NCBI GenBank assembly: GCA_965140705.1
Contig: OZ223300.1
Location: 1,024,001 to 1,088,000 of the forward strand
DNA: 64,000 bases
DNA from: an uncultured Arcobacter sp.
Lineage (GTDB): Bacteria > Campylobacterota > Campylobacteria > Campylobacterales > Arcobacteraceae
Reading direction: 5' to 3'
Part shown: piece after piece, positions 29,847 to 40,423 of the stretch
Layout of the letters: every line of letters begins with the position of its first letter
Position numbering within the stretch: the first letter of the stretch is position 1
Position numbers and translations under genes: made by a program
Notes under the pieces: generated by a model
Told to the model about the DNA's origin: nothing
Databases searched by the model: none
Seen by the model: only the letters and a program-made list of their open reading frames with translations

Positions 29847-29865
29847 GATAGAAAAACTTTCTATC

Positions 29866-30534
29866 TTAGCTTATTTGTAAAAGTTTATAGCCCACCCCTC
29901 TTAGATTTAAAACCATCCCATTTTTTAGTTTACTTCTTAATTTATGAACGATAGTTCTCATGCTTACTGATTCCATCTCTTTACTATCCCAAACATATTC
30001 ATGAATCATATCTAAAGTCACTGTTTTATTTATATTTTTAACCAAGAGAGATAAGAGTAGTTTTTCTTTTACTGTTAGTTCTATTTCATGTCCATGTTTA
30101 TATAAAGTTTGATTTATCAAATCATAAGTATACTCATACCCTAAGTCAATATTTAAATTCACATCATTATTTTGTGATACATGGTTTAAATGATATTTTA
30201 TTCTTAAAAAAAGTTCCTCAAAATCAAAGGGCTTTTTTATATAATCGTTACAACCATAATCAAAAGAGTTTTTTATATTTTCTATATCAATTTCAGCACT
30301 TATCATGATAACAGGAGTGTTTGGATTATCTTTTCTTATTGTTTTTAATATTTCATGCCCATCAAATCCTGGAACATTTAAGTCTAAAATATATAAATCA
30401 TATTTATTATTTATAATTTTACTAGCTGCCTCATATCCATCTGCACAGTTTTCTACAAAAAAGCCTCTATTTTCTAGGGAGAGTTTTATGATTTTATTAA
30501 GGGAATAGTCATCTTCTAGTAAAAAAATCTTCAT
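29866..30534 (-). CDS. OmpR-family response regulator
   Basis: LLEDD, LDLNVP, KPFDFEEL, winged helix ending RGVGY. Confidence 0.93.
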   Translation of the reverse strand: MKIFLLEDDYSLNKIIKLSLENRGFFVENCADGYEAASKIINNKYDLYILDLNVPGFDGHEILKTIRKDNPNTPVIMISAEIDIENIKNSFDYGCNDYIKKPFDFEELFLRIKYHLNHVSQNNDVNLNIDLGYEYTYDLINQTLYKHGHEIELTVKEKLLLSLLVKNINKTVTLDMIHEYVWDSKEMESVSMRTIVHKLRSKLKNGMVLNLRGVGYKLLQIS

Positions 30535-30535
30535 T

Positions 30536-31582
30536 TTATAAGCCTTTACTTATGAGGTTTTGTGGAAAGATATATTTAAATGTTGTAACTTCATCTGAAA
30601 GTATCTCAACTTTTATATCATAATTATCACAAATTGATTTTACAATATTTAATCCTAGTCCAAGACCTATGTTTTTTACTTTTTCTTGATAATACTTTTC
30701 AAAAACTAAAGAGGTGTCTTTTATCTTTATTCCTTCATTTATTATTTCTAGTTGATAATTTTTAAGAGCAATTACTACTGTTGTATTTTCAAAAGAGTAT
30801 TTTATGGCATTTGAAAGTGTATTATCAATTATTCTTTCAAACTCATATTCATCCATTAAAACTTCAAATTCATCACTTATCTCTAAGTCCAAAATTATAT
30901 TTTTTGTTTTTGCAATCTCATCAAAAAAAATTATTCTTGAAGATAAAAAGTTTACGAGATTTATTGCTTTTATATTTTTTTGCATAGTTTGTTTTTTTGT
31001 TAAATAATAAAGGTCATTATATATTGAAGAGAGGGATTTTGAAGAGGCTTTTATGGCTTCAAACTGCTCTTTTGGTCCTAATTGACGCTCTAAGTTATCA
31101 ACATTTAGTGAAATAATACTAAGTGGAGTATTCATCTCATGGATTATTTTTTTTAAGAAAAAATCTTGTTGTTGGAGGAGACTTAAAATAGTTTGGTTAT
31201 TTTCAAAAATCTTAAGTTGAGTTTTTATTCTAGCTAATACCTCTTCTTTTTCAAAAGGCTTAGTAATATAATCAACTCCTCCTTGTTCGAAGGCTTTTAC
31301 TTTTATTTCTATATCATCAATGGCACTTATGAAAATAATAGGAATATCTTTTAATTTATCATTTGCTTTAAATAATTTACAAACTTCAAATCCATCAATA
31401 TCAGGCATCTTAATATCAAGCAAGATTAAATCAGGAGGATAACTCTCTGAGGATTTTAATGCAAAACTAGGATCTGTAGTAGCTCTGATGTTATAGTCGT
31501 AATTTTTAAGTATGTTATTTAGATAATGTAGGTTTTCATCTTTATCATCTATGATTAATATTGTATATTTTTTATGCATCAA
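30536..31582 (-). CDS. Cytoplasmic receiver-histidine kinase hybrid
   Basis: N-terminal REC (LLDIKMP), HEMNTPL H-box, NAIKYS, GLGLGL. Confidence 0.9.
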   Translation of the reverse strand: MMHKKYTILIIDDKDENLHYLNNILKNYDYNIRATTDPSFALKSSESYPPDLILLDIKMPDIDGFEVCKLFKANDKLKDIPIIFISAIDDIEIKVKAFEQGGVDYITKPFEKEEVLARIKTQLKIFENNQTILSLLQQQDFFLKKIIHEMNTPLSIISLNVDNLERQLGPKEQFEAIKASSKSLSSIYNDLYYLTKKQTMQKNIKAINLVNFLSSRIIFFDEIAKTKNIILDLEISDEFEVLMDEYEFERIIDNTLSNAIKYSFENTTVVIALKNYQLEIINEGIKIKDTSLVFEKYYQEKVKNIGLGLGLNIVKSICDNYDIKVEILSDEVTTFKYIFPQNLISKGL

Positions 31583-31654
31583 TTATCTCATTTTATATTG
31601 CTTTGTTGCTAAGATTATAGAATAAAAGATATAAAATCAAAATGAGGTACTAAT

Positions 31655-33952
31655 TTGAATCTAAAAAAACTCTTTATGTTATTATTTATATTAAATACTA
31701 TCTCTTTTATTAGTGTGGCTATTGTCATAAATAAATATCAAAACTCTACAGTAAAACTAGAAAATGCCTATCAAATGCAATACAAATCACTTATTCTAGC
31801 CCATGAATTAAGACAAAGTAGTGATGACTTGACAAGGATGGCAAGAACATATGTAATTACAGGTAATCCTCGTTTTGAAGAGCAATATAAAACAGTACTA
31901 GATATAAGGAATGGTAAAAAGAATAGACCTAAAAGATATAATGGTATATTTTGGGATTTTTATACTTTAGATGGCACAAAACCAGTTTTAGATGGTGAAA
32001 AAGTCCCTTTAAGAGAGTTAATGAAAAGGGCAAATTTCCCAGATGAAGAGCTTAATTTACTTTTTACTTCACAAAATGAATCGGATGATTTAACTAAACT
32101 TGAACATAAAGCTATGAATGCAGTTAAAGGGATTTTTCAAGATAAAGATGGAAATTTTACTATAAAAGGGAAACCTGATTTTAAACTTGCTAGGGAACTT
32201 ATGCATTCAGATGAGTATCATAAGGCAAAAATGAGAATTATGCAACCTTTAGATAATTTTTATAAAGCCTTTGAAAAAAGAACTCAAGAGAAAGTAAATG
32301 ATGAAAGAAAAACAGTAAAGGAACAGGAGTTTTATGTAAATGTTATTGTACTTTTTTCGGTTATATTTTTCTTAATGTCTTTTTTTATAATTTTATTTAG
32401 AATTATTTATCCAATAGATTTATTAAGAGTTGCCATGTTAAAACTTTCATCAAATGACATGAGTGTGGAGTTGGATAAAAATAAATATGATGATGAAGTT
32501 GGTGATATGATTGGTTCTGTTAGAATTTTCAAAGATAATACCAAAAAACTAATAGATAGTGAACATCAAATCAAACTTGCCATGGAAGAGGCAAATAGTG
32601 CAAATAAAGCAAAATCAATATTTCTAGCACGGATGAGCCATGAACTTAGAACTCCACTTAACGCCATACTTGGCTTTTCAAATATTTTGAAAAAATCTAT
32701 GAATGCTACCCAAGAAGAAAAAAATAATCTAAATATAATCAAAAGAAGTGGAGAGCATCTTTTAAATATTATAAATGAAATTTTAGAATTATCAAAAATT
32801 GAAGCTGGAAAAATAGAGATTGTTCCCAAAGTTTTTAATCTAAAAGAGCTAATAGAGGATATTGATTCAATCTTTGCCTTTAGATGTAAAGAGAAGGGTT
32901 TGGAGTTTAAAATTGTTTTAGATGACAATCTACCTGAAGTTGTAAAAATGGATGAATTGAGACTTCGACAAATACTTATAAATCTCCTAAGTAATAGTTT
33001 GAAATTTACAAATGAAGGTGAAATATCATTATATTTATATGCAAAGAGTCAAAAACTATTTTTTGAGATAAAAGATACTGGAATAGGTATTGAGAGTAAA
33101 GATTTAAAAAGAGTATTTAAACCCTTTGAGCAAATAAAACATGATGATTATAATAAAAATGGAACAGGTTTAGGACTATCTATTACAAAAGAGTTAGTAA
33201 CTTTAATGAATGGTTCTATTTATGCAAAAAGTAAAGTTAATGTTGGAACACAATTCTATTTTAGTGTTGATTATAAAAATGCAAATAGTGAGGATATTAC
33301 TGTTGAGTTAAATTCAAAGGATATCATTGGAATAGAAAAAAATATAGACAAAAAAACTATTCTTGTAGTTGATGATATAGAAGTAAATAGAAACCTATTA
33401 ACACAAATATTAAATTCACATGGCTTTGAAGTCTTACAAGCAAGTAGTGGATACGAAGCAATAGAACTTTTTAAAACAGAAGATTTAAGTCTTATTTTTA
33501 TGGATATCAAGATGAGTGGAATTGATGGTTTAGAGACTATTAAACTTATAAGAGAAGAGAAAAAAGGTAAAGATATACCAATAGTCGCAGTATCTGCAAA
33601 TGTATTTAATGAAGATAAAGAAATAGCAAGACAAAGTGGAGCAGATGGTTTTTTATCAAAGCCAGTTGATGAAAAAGAGTTATTGATTATTTTATCAAAA
33701 CATTTTGATTTGAAATTAGAGTACTTAAAAAATAGTGAAGAAAAGAGTGATATTCTTGAAAGAGTATCAAAACTTGATAAAGAGTTTTTTGTAAAATTAA
33801 ATGAATTTGCTTTACTGATGGATTCTTCTAATCTTGATAAATTTTTAGAAAATAGTGATATAGAAGATGATTTAAAATTATATTTTAAAGAACTTGTTGA
33901 AAATTTCAAATATAAAGAGATAAATGAAATCTGTATAAAAAATATACAGTAA
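31655..33952 (+). CDS. Membrane hybrid sensor kinase (periplasmic sensor-HAMP-HisKA-HATPase-REC)
   Basis: Two TM, MSHELRTPLN, GTGLGL, FMDIKM. Confidence 0.93.
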   Translation: MNLKKLFMLLFILNTISFISVAIVINKYQNSTVKLENAYQMQYKSLILAHELRQSSDDLTRMARTYVITGNPRFEEQYKTVLDIRNGKKNRPKRYNGIFWDFYTLDGTKPVLDGEKVPLRELMKRANFPDEELNLLFTSQNESDDLTKLEHKAMNAVKGIFQDKDGNFTIKGKPDFKLARELMHSDEYHKAKMRIMQPLDNFYKAFEKRTQEKVNDERKTVKEQEFYVNVIVLFSVIFFLMSFFIILFRIIYPIDLLRVAMLKLSSNDMSVELDKNKYDDEVGDMIGSVRIFKDNTKKLIDSEHQIKLAMEEANSANKAKSIFLARMSHELRTPLNAILGFSNILKKSMNATQEEKNNLNIIKRSGEHLLNIINEILELSKIEAGKIEIVPKVFNLKELIEDIDSIFAFRCKEKGLEFKIVLDDNLPEVVKMDELRLRQILINLLSNSLKFTNEGEISLYLYAKSQKLFFEIKDTGIGIESKDLKRVFKPFEQIKHDDYNKNGTGLGLSITKELVTLMNGSIYAKSKVNVGTQFYFSVDYKNANSEDITVELNSKDIIGIEKNIDKKTILVVDDIEVNRNLLTQILNSHGFEVLQASSGYEAIELFKTEDLSLIFMDIKMSGIDGLETIKLIREEKKGKDIPIVAVSANVFNEDKEIARQSGADGFLSKPVDEKELLIILSKHFDLKLEYLKNSEEKSDILERVSKLDKEFFVKLNEFALLMDSSNLDKFLENSDIEDDLKLYFKELVENFKYKEINEICIKNIQ
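33932..33948. promoter_or_regulatory. TGTATA-N5-TATACA palindrome upstream of urtA
   Basis: CTGTATAAAAAATATACAG (33931-33949), identical to 44577-44595. Confidence 0.7.
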
Positions 33953-33971
33953 TATTTTTAACTTAACAAAA

Positions 33972-33993
33972 AAACAACACTTAAACAACACTT
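33972..33993 (+). promoter_or_regulatory. Perfect 11-bp tandem repeat, candidate OmpR-type binding site
   Basis: AAACAACACTT x2, 6 nt before TATACT (34000-34005). Confidence 0.55.
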
Positions 33994-34045
33994 CTATTTT
34001 ATACTTCCCTTAGTAGTCAAAGAGACTAAATCTAAAGGAGAATAA

Positions 34046-35323
34046 ATGAAAAGTAGATTCACAAAAGTTTTAGCTGCATCAGCATTTGTAACTATGAGTA
34101 TGATGGCTCAAGCTGCTGATACAATCAAAGTAGGTGTTTTGCACTCATTATCTGGAACAATGGCAATTAGTGAGACAACTTTGAAAGATACGGTTTTAAT
34201 GCTTATTGATGAGCAAAATAAAAAAGGTGGTTTATTAGGTAAAAAAATAGAACCAGTTGTAGTTGATCCTGCATCAAACTGGCCTTTATTTGCTGAAAAA
34301 ATGAGAGGACTTTTAACTAAAGATAAAGTTGATGTTACATTTGGTTGTTGGACATCAGTTTCTAGAAAATCGGTTCTTCCAGTTGTTGAAGAGTTAAATG
34401 GGCTTCTTTTTTATCCTGTTCAATATGAGGGTGAAGAGTCTAGTAAAAATGTATTTTATACAGGTGCTGCGCCTAACCAACAAGCAATTCCAGCAGTTGA
34501 TTATTTAATGAATGAAATGGGTGTTAAAAGATGGGTTTTAGCTGGTACTGATTATGTTTATCCAAGAACTACAAATAAAATCTTAGAAGCATACTTAAAA
34601 TCAAAAGGTGTTAAAGCCTCAGATATTATGATTAATTATACTCCATTTGGATATTCTGATTGGCAAAGTATTGTAAGTGAAATCAAAAAATTTGGTTCTG
34701 CTGGTAAAAAAACTGCTGTTGTATCTACAATTAATGGTGATGCAAATGTTCCTTTTTATAAAGAGTTAGGTAACCAAGGTATTACTTCTTCATCTATTCC
34801 TGTAATTGCCTTTTCTGTTGGAGAAGAAGAGTTATCAGGACTTGATACTAAACCTTTAGTTGGACATTTAGCAGCATGGAATTATTTTGAAAGTATTGAT
34901 ACTCCTGCAAATGAAAAATTTATCTCAACTTGGCATAAATTTATTAAAGATGATAAAAGAGTTACAAATGATCCAATGGAAGCTACATATATCGGATTTA
35001 ATTTATGGGTAAAAGCTGTTGAAAAAGCTGGTACTACAAATGTAGATAAAGTAAGAGATGCAATCATTGGATTATCTGTTCCAAACCTTACAGGTGGAAC
35101 TGCAACTATGCTTAAAAATCACCATATTACAAAACCTGTATTTATTGGTGAGATTCAAGAAGATGGACAATTTGAAGTTGTATGGCAAACTGAAAAAGAA
35201 GTTCCAGGTGATGCTTGGTCAGACTACTTACCAGGAAGTAAAGATTTAATCTCAGATTGGACTAAACCAATCAATTGTGGAAACTACAACACTAAAACTA
35301 AAAAGTGTATGGGCGATAACTAA
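34046..35323 (+). CDS. urtA: Urea ABC transporter binding protein
   Basis: IKVGVLHSLSGTMAISE, FGCWTSVSRK, YPVQYEG, GTDYVYPRT. Confidence 0.95.
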   Translation: MKSRFTKVLAASAFVTMSMMAQAADTIKVGVLHSLSGTMAISETTLKDTVLMLIDEQNKKGGLLGKKIEPVVVDPASNWPLFAEKMRGLLTKDKVDVTFGCWTSVSRKSVLPVVEELNGLLFYPVQYEGEESSKNVFYTGAAPNQQAIPAVDYLMNEMGVKRWVLAGTDYVYPRTTNKILEAYLKSKGVKASDIMINYTPFGYSDWQSIVSEIKKFGSAGKKTAVVSTINGDANVPFYKELGNQGITSSSIPVIAFSVGEEELSGLDTKPLVGHLAAWNYFESIDTPANEKFISTWHKFIKDDKRVTNDPMEATYIGFNLWVKAVEKAGTTNVDKVRDAIIGLSVPNLTGGTATMLKNHHITKPVFIGEIQEDGQFEVVWQTEKEVPGDAWSDYLPGSKDLISDWTKPINCGNYNTKTKKCMGDN

Positions 35324-35324
35324 T

Positions 35325-35353
35325 AAAATATGAGAGTTCAACTCTCATATTTT
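35325..35353 (+). terminator. Stem-loop after urtA
   Basis: AAAATATGAGAGT-TCA-ACTCTCATATTTT. Confidence 0.65.
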
Positions 35354-35381
35354 TATGCTACATAATAAATGAAAGGTAATC

Positions 35382-36977
35382 ATGAAAATTATAAAAATAA
35401 TATTGCTTAATTTATTAATTTTATCTTCACTAATTGCTTCAGATCTTCAAAGTGATTCACAAGAACTTTTAACAAATAGTTATTCTAAAAAAGAAACAGT
35501 TATCTTGGATCTAACTAAAAAGTATAAAAGTGAAAAAAAGTTTGAGTATTTATTGCAAAAACTTTTAGCTGGAGATTTATATTATACAAAAAGTGATAAA
35601 CGAATTGTTTTTCTAAAAGAGAAAATAAAAAATAACTATCTTACAGTTGATATATTCACTGGTGAGAAGTTAGGTGAAGCTTCAAAATATGATTTTAAAA
35701 AAGTGAAAATCAATAATAAATTAAGAAATATTATAAAAGGGTCTTTGGCAAAAATAAATCTATTTTCTACTGATGAAGAGAAAAGGTTAAATTCTGCTAA
35801 AAACTTACTGAAAAATTTAAAAGCTGATGATAAAGAGATTATCCTTGAAGCTTTACAAAGTGAAAAATCATCTAATGTTAGAGATGTATTAGATGAAGCA
35901 AATACTATTTTAATGGCCAAATATGGTACTGCTGAAGAAAAATATAAAGCAGTAGATAAATTAGGAAGTTTTATCTCAGCTAAGACTTTTATAACTTTAA
36001 AAGATATTTCAAAAAATAGCGAAGATGAAAAATTAAAATCAATAGCCGAGTCTTCACTTGATATTGTTGAGATAAAAAAGAGTATTTATTCATTTATTGA
36101 AACTGCTTTTTTTGGACTTAGTATGGGATCTGTTTTACTTTTAGCAGCCATTGGACTTGCTATTACTTTTGGTGTTATGAAAGTAATTAATATGGCACAT
36201 GGTGAGCTTATTATGATAGGTGCTTATACTACATATACAATTCAACAAATCTTTCCAAATCTAATTGAATACTCTGTAATTATTGCAATTCCTGCTGCTT
36301 TTATAGTAAGTGGAATTGTTGGAATCATAATTGAAAGATTGGTTATAAGACATCTTTATGGAAGACCGCTTGAAACACTACTTGCAACTTTTGGGGTAAG
36401 TTTGATTTTACAACAGTTAGTTCGAACAATATATTCACCCCTTAACCAAGAAGTAAAAACTCCTTCATGGATGAGTGGTGCTTTGGAAGTAAATAGTTCA
36501 CTATTTCTTACATACAATAGATTGTATATCGTGATATTTTCTGTGATAGTATTTTTAGCAATTTTATATGTTATGAAAAAGACTTCATTGGGATTAAAAG
36601 TGCGGGCTGTTTCACAAAATAGACCAATTGCACGTGCTATGGGAATAAAATCAAGCTTTATCGATGCTGCTACTTTTGGAATAGGTTCAGGAATAGCAGG
36701 AGTTGCAGGAGTTGCCTTATCTCAACTTACAAATGTAGGGCCAAATCTTGGACAATCATATATAGTAGATAGTTTTATGGTTGTGGTATTTGGTGGAGTT
36801 GGAAATCTATGGGGAACTTTAATTGCTGCACTTACTTTAGGTGAGATTAATAAATTTATTGAGCCAATTTCAGGAGCAGTACTAGCTAAAGTTATCATTT
36901 TAGTATTTATTATTTTATTTATACAAAAAAGACCTAGAGGGTTATTTCCTCAAAAAGGTCGAGATGCACAGGATTAA
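35382..36977 (+). CDS. urtB: Urea ABC transporter permease with N-terminal periplasmic domain
   Basis: GLAITFGVMKVINMAHGE, YGRPLETLLATFG, QKRPRGLFPQKGR. Confidence 0.93.
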   Translation: MKIIKIILLNLLILSSLIASDLQSDSQELLTNSYSKKETVILDLTKKYKSEKKFEYLLQKLLAGDLYYTKSDKRIVFLKEKIKNNYLTVDIFTGEKLGEASKYDFKKVKINNKLRNIIKGSLAKINLFSTDEEKRLNSAKNLLKNLKADDKEIILEALQSEKSSNVRDVLDEANTILMAKYGTAEEKYKAVDKLGSFISAKTFITLKDISKNSEDEKLKSIAESSLDIVEIKKSIYSFIETAFFGLSMGSVLLLAAIGLAITFGVMKVINMAHGELIMIGAYTTYTIQQIFPNLIEYSVIIAIPAAFIVSGIVGIIIERLVIRHLYGRPLETLLATFGVSLILQQLVRTIYSPLNQEVKTPSWMSGALEVNSSLFLTYNRLYIVIFSVIVFLAILYVMKKTSLGLKVRAVSQNRPIARAMGIKSSFIDAATFGIGSGIAGVAGVALSQLTNVGPNLGQSYIVDSFMVVVFGGVGNLWGTLIAALTLGEINKFIEPISGAVLAKVIILVFIILFIQKRPRGLFPQKGRDAQD

Positions 36978-36979
36978 GA

Positions 36980-38092
36980 ATGAAGAATAAATCTTTAATA
37001 TTAAAAATTTTAGAAAATGATAAGGGTGGGAAAATAGTATTATCAATCCTTGCCCTTGTAGTATTTGTAGTGTCATTTTGTAATTTATTTGTTCCTAGTG
37101 GTTCAGCATTTTATATTTCAACCTTTACGGTTACAATTTTAGGTAAATATTTAGCCTTTGCACTTTTAGCCCTTGCACTTGATTTAGTTTGGGGATATTT
37201 AGGAGTTTTAAGTCTTGGTCATGGGGCATTTTTTGCCCTTGGTGGATATGGACTTGCTATGTATCTTATGCGTCAAATAGGGGATAGAGGAGTTTATGGA
37301 AATCCTGATTTACCAGATTTTATGGTATTTATGAATTTAAAAGAGTTACCATGGTTTTGGTATGGATTTGATAACCCTTTATTTACATTTATTATGGTTA
37401 TGCTAGTACCTGCAATTTTAGCTTTTGTATTTGGTTGGTTTGCTTTCAAATCAAGGGTAACAGGAGTTTATCTATCTATTATAACTCAAGCCATGACTTA
37501 TGCACTTATGTTAGCATTTTTCAGAAATGACATGGGCTTTGGTGGAAATAATGGTTTAACAGATTTTAAAGATATATTAGGATTTGATTTACAAGCTGAT
37601 TCTACAAGAGTAGGGCTTTTGATTATCACATTTTTGGCACTGACTTTAGGTTATTTGATTTGTAGATTTATTATAAATTCAAGACTTGGAAGGGTTGTAA
37701 TTTCTATAAGAGATGCAGAGAGTCGTGTACGGTTCTTAGGATATAAAGTTGAACAATATAAGCTTTTTATCTTCGTAGTTTCAGCAATACTTGCAGGAAT
37801 CGCAGGGGCACTTTATGTTCCACAAGTGGGAATCATAAATCCAGGTGTTTTTTCACCTCTATTTTCTATTGAACTTGTTATTTGGGTAGCTATAGGAGGA
37901 AGAGGAACACTATATGGAGCAATTATTGGGGCTATCATTGTAAATTTTGCAAGTACTTATTTTACTTCTGCCCTTCCAGAAGTTTGGTTATATGCCTTAG
38001 GTGGATTATTTGTTTTAGTAACTCTATATCTTCCTCAAGGTGTAGTTGGACTTATAAGTAAAATCAATGGAAAAGTAAAAAAGGCTAAATAA
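36980..38092 (+). CDS. urtC: Urea ABC transporter permease
   Basis: DLVWGYLGVLSLGHG, LPDFM, GGNNGLTDF. Confidence 0.93.
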   Translation: MKNKSLILKILENDKGGKIVLSILALVVFVVSFCNLFVPSGSAFYISTFTVTILGKYLAFALLALALDLVWGYLGVLSLGHGAFFALGGYGLAMYLMRQIGDRGVYGNPDLPDFMVFMNLKELPWFWYGFDNPLFTFIMVMLVPAILAFVFGWFAFKSRVTGVYLSIITQAMTYALMLAFFRNDMGFGGNNGLTDFKDILGFDLQADSTRVGLLIITFLALTLGYLICRFIINSRLGRVVISIRDAESRVRFLGYKVEQYKLFIFVVSAILAGIAGALYVPQVGIINPGVFSPLFSIELVIWVAIGGRGTLYGAIIGAIIVNFASTYFTSALPEVWLYALGGLFVLVTLYLPQGVVGLISKINGKVKKAK

Positions 38093-38880
38093 TGAAACTG
38101 TTAAGACATGAAAATGAACAAAATATTGGTAATCTTAAAATTGGAGATAGAATATTATTAGTTGATGGTGTTAGTGTTAGTTTTGATGGATTTAAAGCCT
38201 TAAATAACTTAAGTTTTTCAATCAATTATGGGGAACTAAGATGTATCATTGGTGCTAATGGTGCTGGAAAATCTACTATGATGGATGTAGTAACGGGAAA
38301 AACTACACCAGATGAGGGTGAAGTTATATTTGGAGAAGCTGTTAATTTACTAGAATTGGATGAACCAAGTATCTCTGAAATAGGAATAGGTAGAAAATTC
38401 CAAAAGCCAACAGTTTTTCAAAATCATACAGTCTTTGAAAACCTAGAACTTGCCATGAAAGATGATAAAAGATTTTTCAAAACACTTTTTTCAAAACTAA
38501 GAGGTGAGCAAAAAGATAAAATAGAAGAGACTATGAACTTAATAGGTCTAAAAGAGCTTTACAATATGGATGCTGGGATTTTATCTCACGGTCAAAAACA
38601 GTGGCTTGAAATTGGTATGCTTATTATGCAAGAACCAAAACTACTCCTTGTAGATGAACCAGTTGCAGGTATGACACCACAAGAGGTAGAAAAAACAGCA
38701 GAGATTTTAACAAGTCTTTCAAAAGAGAATGCAGTAGTTGTAGTTGAACATGATATGGAGTTTATACGAAGTATTGCTTCAAAAGTAACTGTGTTGCATG
38801 AGGGATCTGTTTTAGCTGAGGGTAATATGGATGCGATACAGAACAATGAAAAAGTGCGAAAAGTATACTTAGGGGAATGA
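38092..38880 (+). CDS. urtD: Urea ABC transporter ATPase
   Basis: VSFDGFKA, GIGRKFQKP, LSHGQKQWLEIGM. Confidence 0.93.
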   Translation: MKLLRHENEQNIGNLKIGDRILLVDGVSVSFDGFKALNNLSFSINYGELRCIIGANGAGKSTMMDVVTGKTTPDEGEVIFGEAVNLLELDEPSISEIGIGRKFQKPTVFQNHTVFENLELAMKDDKRFFKTLFSKLRGEQKDKIEETMNLIGLKELYNMDAGILSHGQKQWLEIGMLIMQEPKLLLVDEPVAGMTPQEVEKTAEILTSLSKENAVVVVEHDMEFIRSIASKVTVLHEGSVLAEGNMDAIQNNEKVRKVYLGE

Positions 38881-38881
38881 T

Positions 38882-39577
38882 ATGTTAAAAATAGAAAAAA
38901 TAAATCAATATTATGGACAGAGTCATACCCTTTGGGATTTGGATTTACAGGTTAAAAAGGGACGATGTACTTGTCTTATGGGAAGAAATGGAGTTGGTAA
39001 AACAACACTTAGTAAAGTTATTATGGGATTACTTCCAATTAAAGACGGGAAAATAATTTATGATGGGAAAGATATTTCAAAACTAGCTGATCACAAACGT
39101 GCTAGTATTGCTATAGGTTATGTTCCCCAAGGAAGAGAGATATTTTCTCAACTAACTGTTTTAGAAAATTTACAAATTGGAGTTTTGGCAAATAGAAATA
39201 ACATAAGAAAAGTTCCAGAAAAAATATATGAGCTTTTCCCTGTATTAAAAGATATGCAAAAAAGAAAAGGTGGAGATTTAAGTGGTGGTCAGCAACAACA
39301 ACTTGCTATTGCAAGAGCACTTTGTATTGATCCAAAGTTTTTGATTCTTGATGAACCAAGTGAAGGAATACAACCGAATATCGTGGCACAAATTGGAGAA
39401 GTGATTGATTATCTTACAAAAGAAGAGGAAATGACAGTTTTACTAGTGGAACAAAAGCTTCCATTTGCAAGACGACATGGGGATGATTTTTATGTTGTAG
39501 ATAGGGGAAGTGTAGTTGCTCAAGGAGAAATCTCACAGCTTAGTGATGATATAATAAAACAACATTTATCAGTATAA
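38882..39577 (+). CDS. urtE: Urea ABC transporter ATPase
   Basis: YYGQSHTL, YVPQGREIF, LSGGQQQQLAIARAL. Confidence 0.93.
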   Translation: MLKIEKINQYYGQSHTLWDLDLQVKKGRCTCLMGRNGVGKTTLSKVIMGLLPIKDGKIIYDGKDISKLADHKRASIAIGYVPQGREIFSQLTVLENLQIGVLANRNNIRKVPEKIYELFPVLKDMQKRKGGDLSGGQQQQLAIARALCIDPKFLILDEPSEGIQPNIVAQIGEVIDYLTKEEEMTVLLVEQKLPFARRHGDDFYVVDRGSVVAQGEISQLSDDIIKQHLSV

Positions 39578-39588
39578 CTAGGAGTGAA

Positions 39589-40341
39589 ATGAGTATAAAA
39601 TTTAATTTAAAAGATGATAAATTTTTTTTAGATAAATTAGAACTTCCCTCAAGATATTATTACTTTAATGAAGAAGAAAACTACATAAAACTTCTAAATA
39701 TTGGGGAAGGAATATTCCCCAAAGATAAGATTCGAACTTCCCTTAAACTCGATAATTCAAACTTAGTTTTAACAACAGAGTCAGCCACAAAAATATATCC
39801 ATCAAAAAAAGAGTATGGAATAAATAAAATAGATTTATCTTTAGAAAATAGTTCAAATTTAGAGTTTCTAAATGATGAACTTATTTTATACAAGGACTCA
39901 AAATATATTCAATTTTTTAATTTAAAATATGATGATAACTCGACTTTTTTTTATTCAGATATCTTAAGTCGTGGAAGAAGTTTTGAGGACTTTGATTTCT
40001 CAAATGTTTTGATGAAAAATAGTTTTTCTTCTAACAAAAAACTTGAATATCTAGAAAAGTTTGATGTGATAGGTGATGAGTTAAAAGATTATATTATTAG
40101 AAAAGATAGTGATAACTATATTTTTATGAAAATATATATCAAAACAAAAGATAATGATAAGTTTTTAGATATCTTGAAAAAAGATGATTTTGATTCTTTT
40201 ACTTATTCAAAATCAAAAGAGATAATCATAGGAACAATTAGTTCAAATAGTATGAATGAAATCAAAAAGAAGCAAAAACTTATTTGGACTAATTATAGAA
40301 AGTACCTAAATAAAAAAGAGTTTTCTTTAGGAAAACAGTAA
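39589..40341 (+). CDS. ureD: Urease accessory protein UreD (UreH)
   Basis: GEGIFPKD, LTTESATKIY, DILSRGR..E.F motifs; position after urtE. Confidence 0.8.
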   Translation: MSIKFNLKDDKFFLDKLELPSRYYYFNEEENYIKLLNIGEGIFPKDKIRTSLKLDNSNLVLTTESATKIYPSKKEYGINKIDLSLENSSNLEFLNDELILYKDSKYIQFFNLKYDDNSTFFYSDILSRGRSFEDFDFSNVLMKNSFSSNKKLEYLEKFDVIGDELKDYIIRKDSDNYIFMKIYIKTKDNDKFLDILKKDDFDSFTYSKSKEIIIGTISSNSMNEIKKKQKLIWTNYRKYLNKKEFSLGKQ

Positions 40342-40423
40342 TAGATATATAAGATGAATTAATATTTATCTTATTATAATTGGACTAAAATCGTTTCTTC
40401 AAATTAGAAATTGAGGAATTTGA

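Noticed and set aside
33271..33909. Long antisense ORFs (also 49579-50067, 53912-54307, 60276-60674 and similar)
   Set aside because: Shadows of well-supported genes on the other strand with no recognisable motifs
33931..33949. LexA/SOS box, NifA UAS or NtcA site
   Set aside because: Spacing is CTGT-N11-ACAG, not CTGT-N8-ACAG, TGT-N10-ACA or GTA-N8-TAC
35382..36080. Long N-terminal extension of UrtB as a novel fusion
   Set aside because: An extended periplasmic N-terminus is common in proteobacterial UrtB
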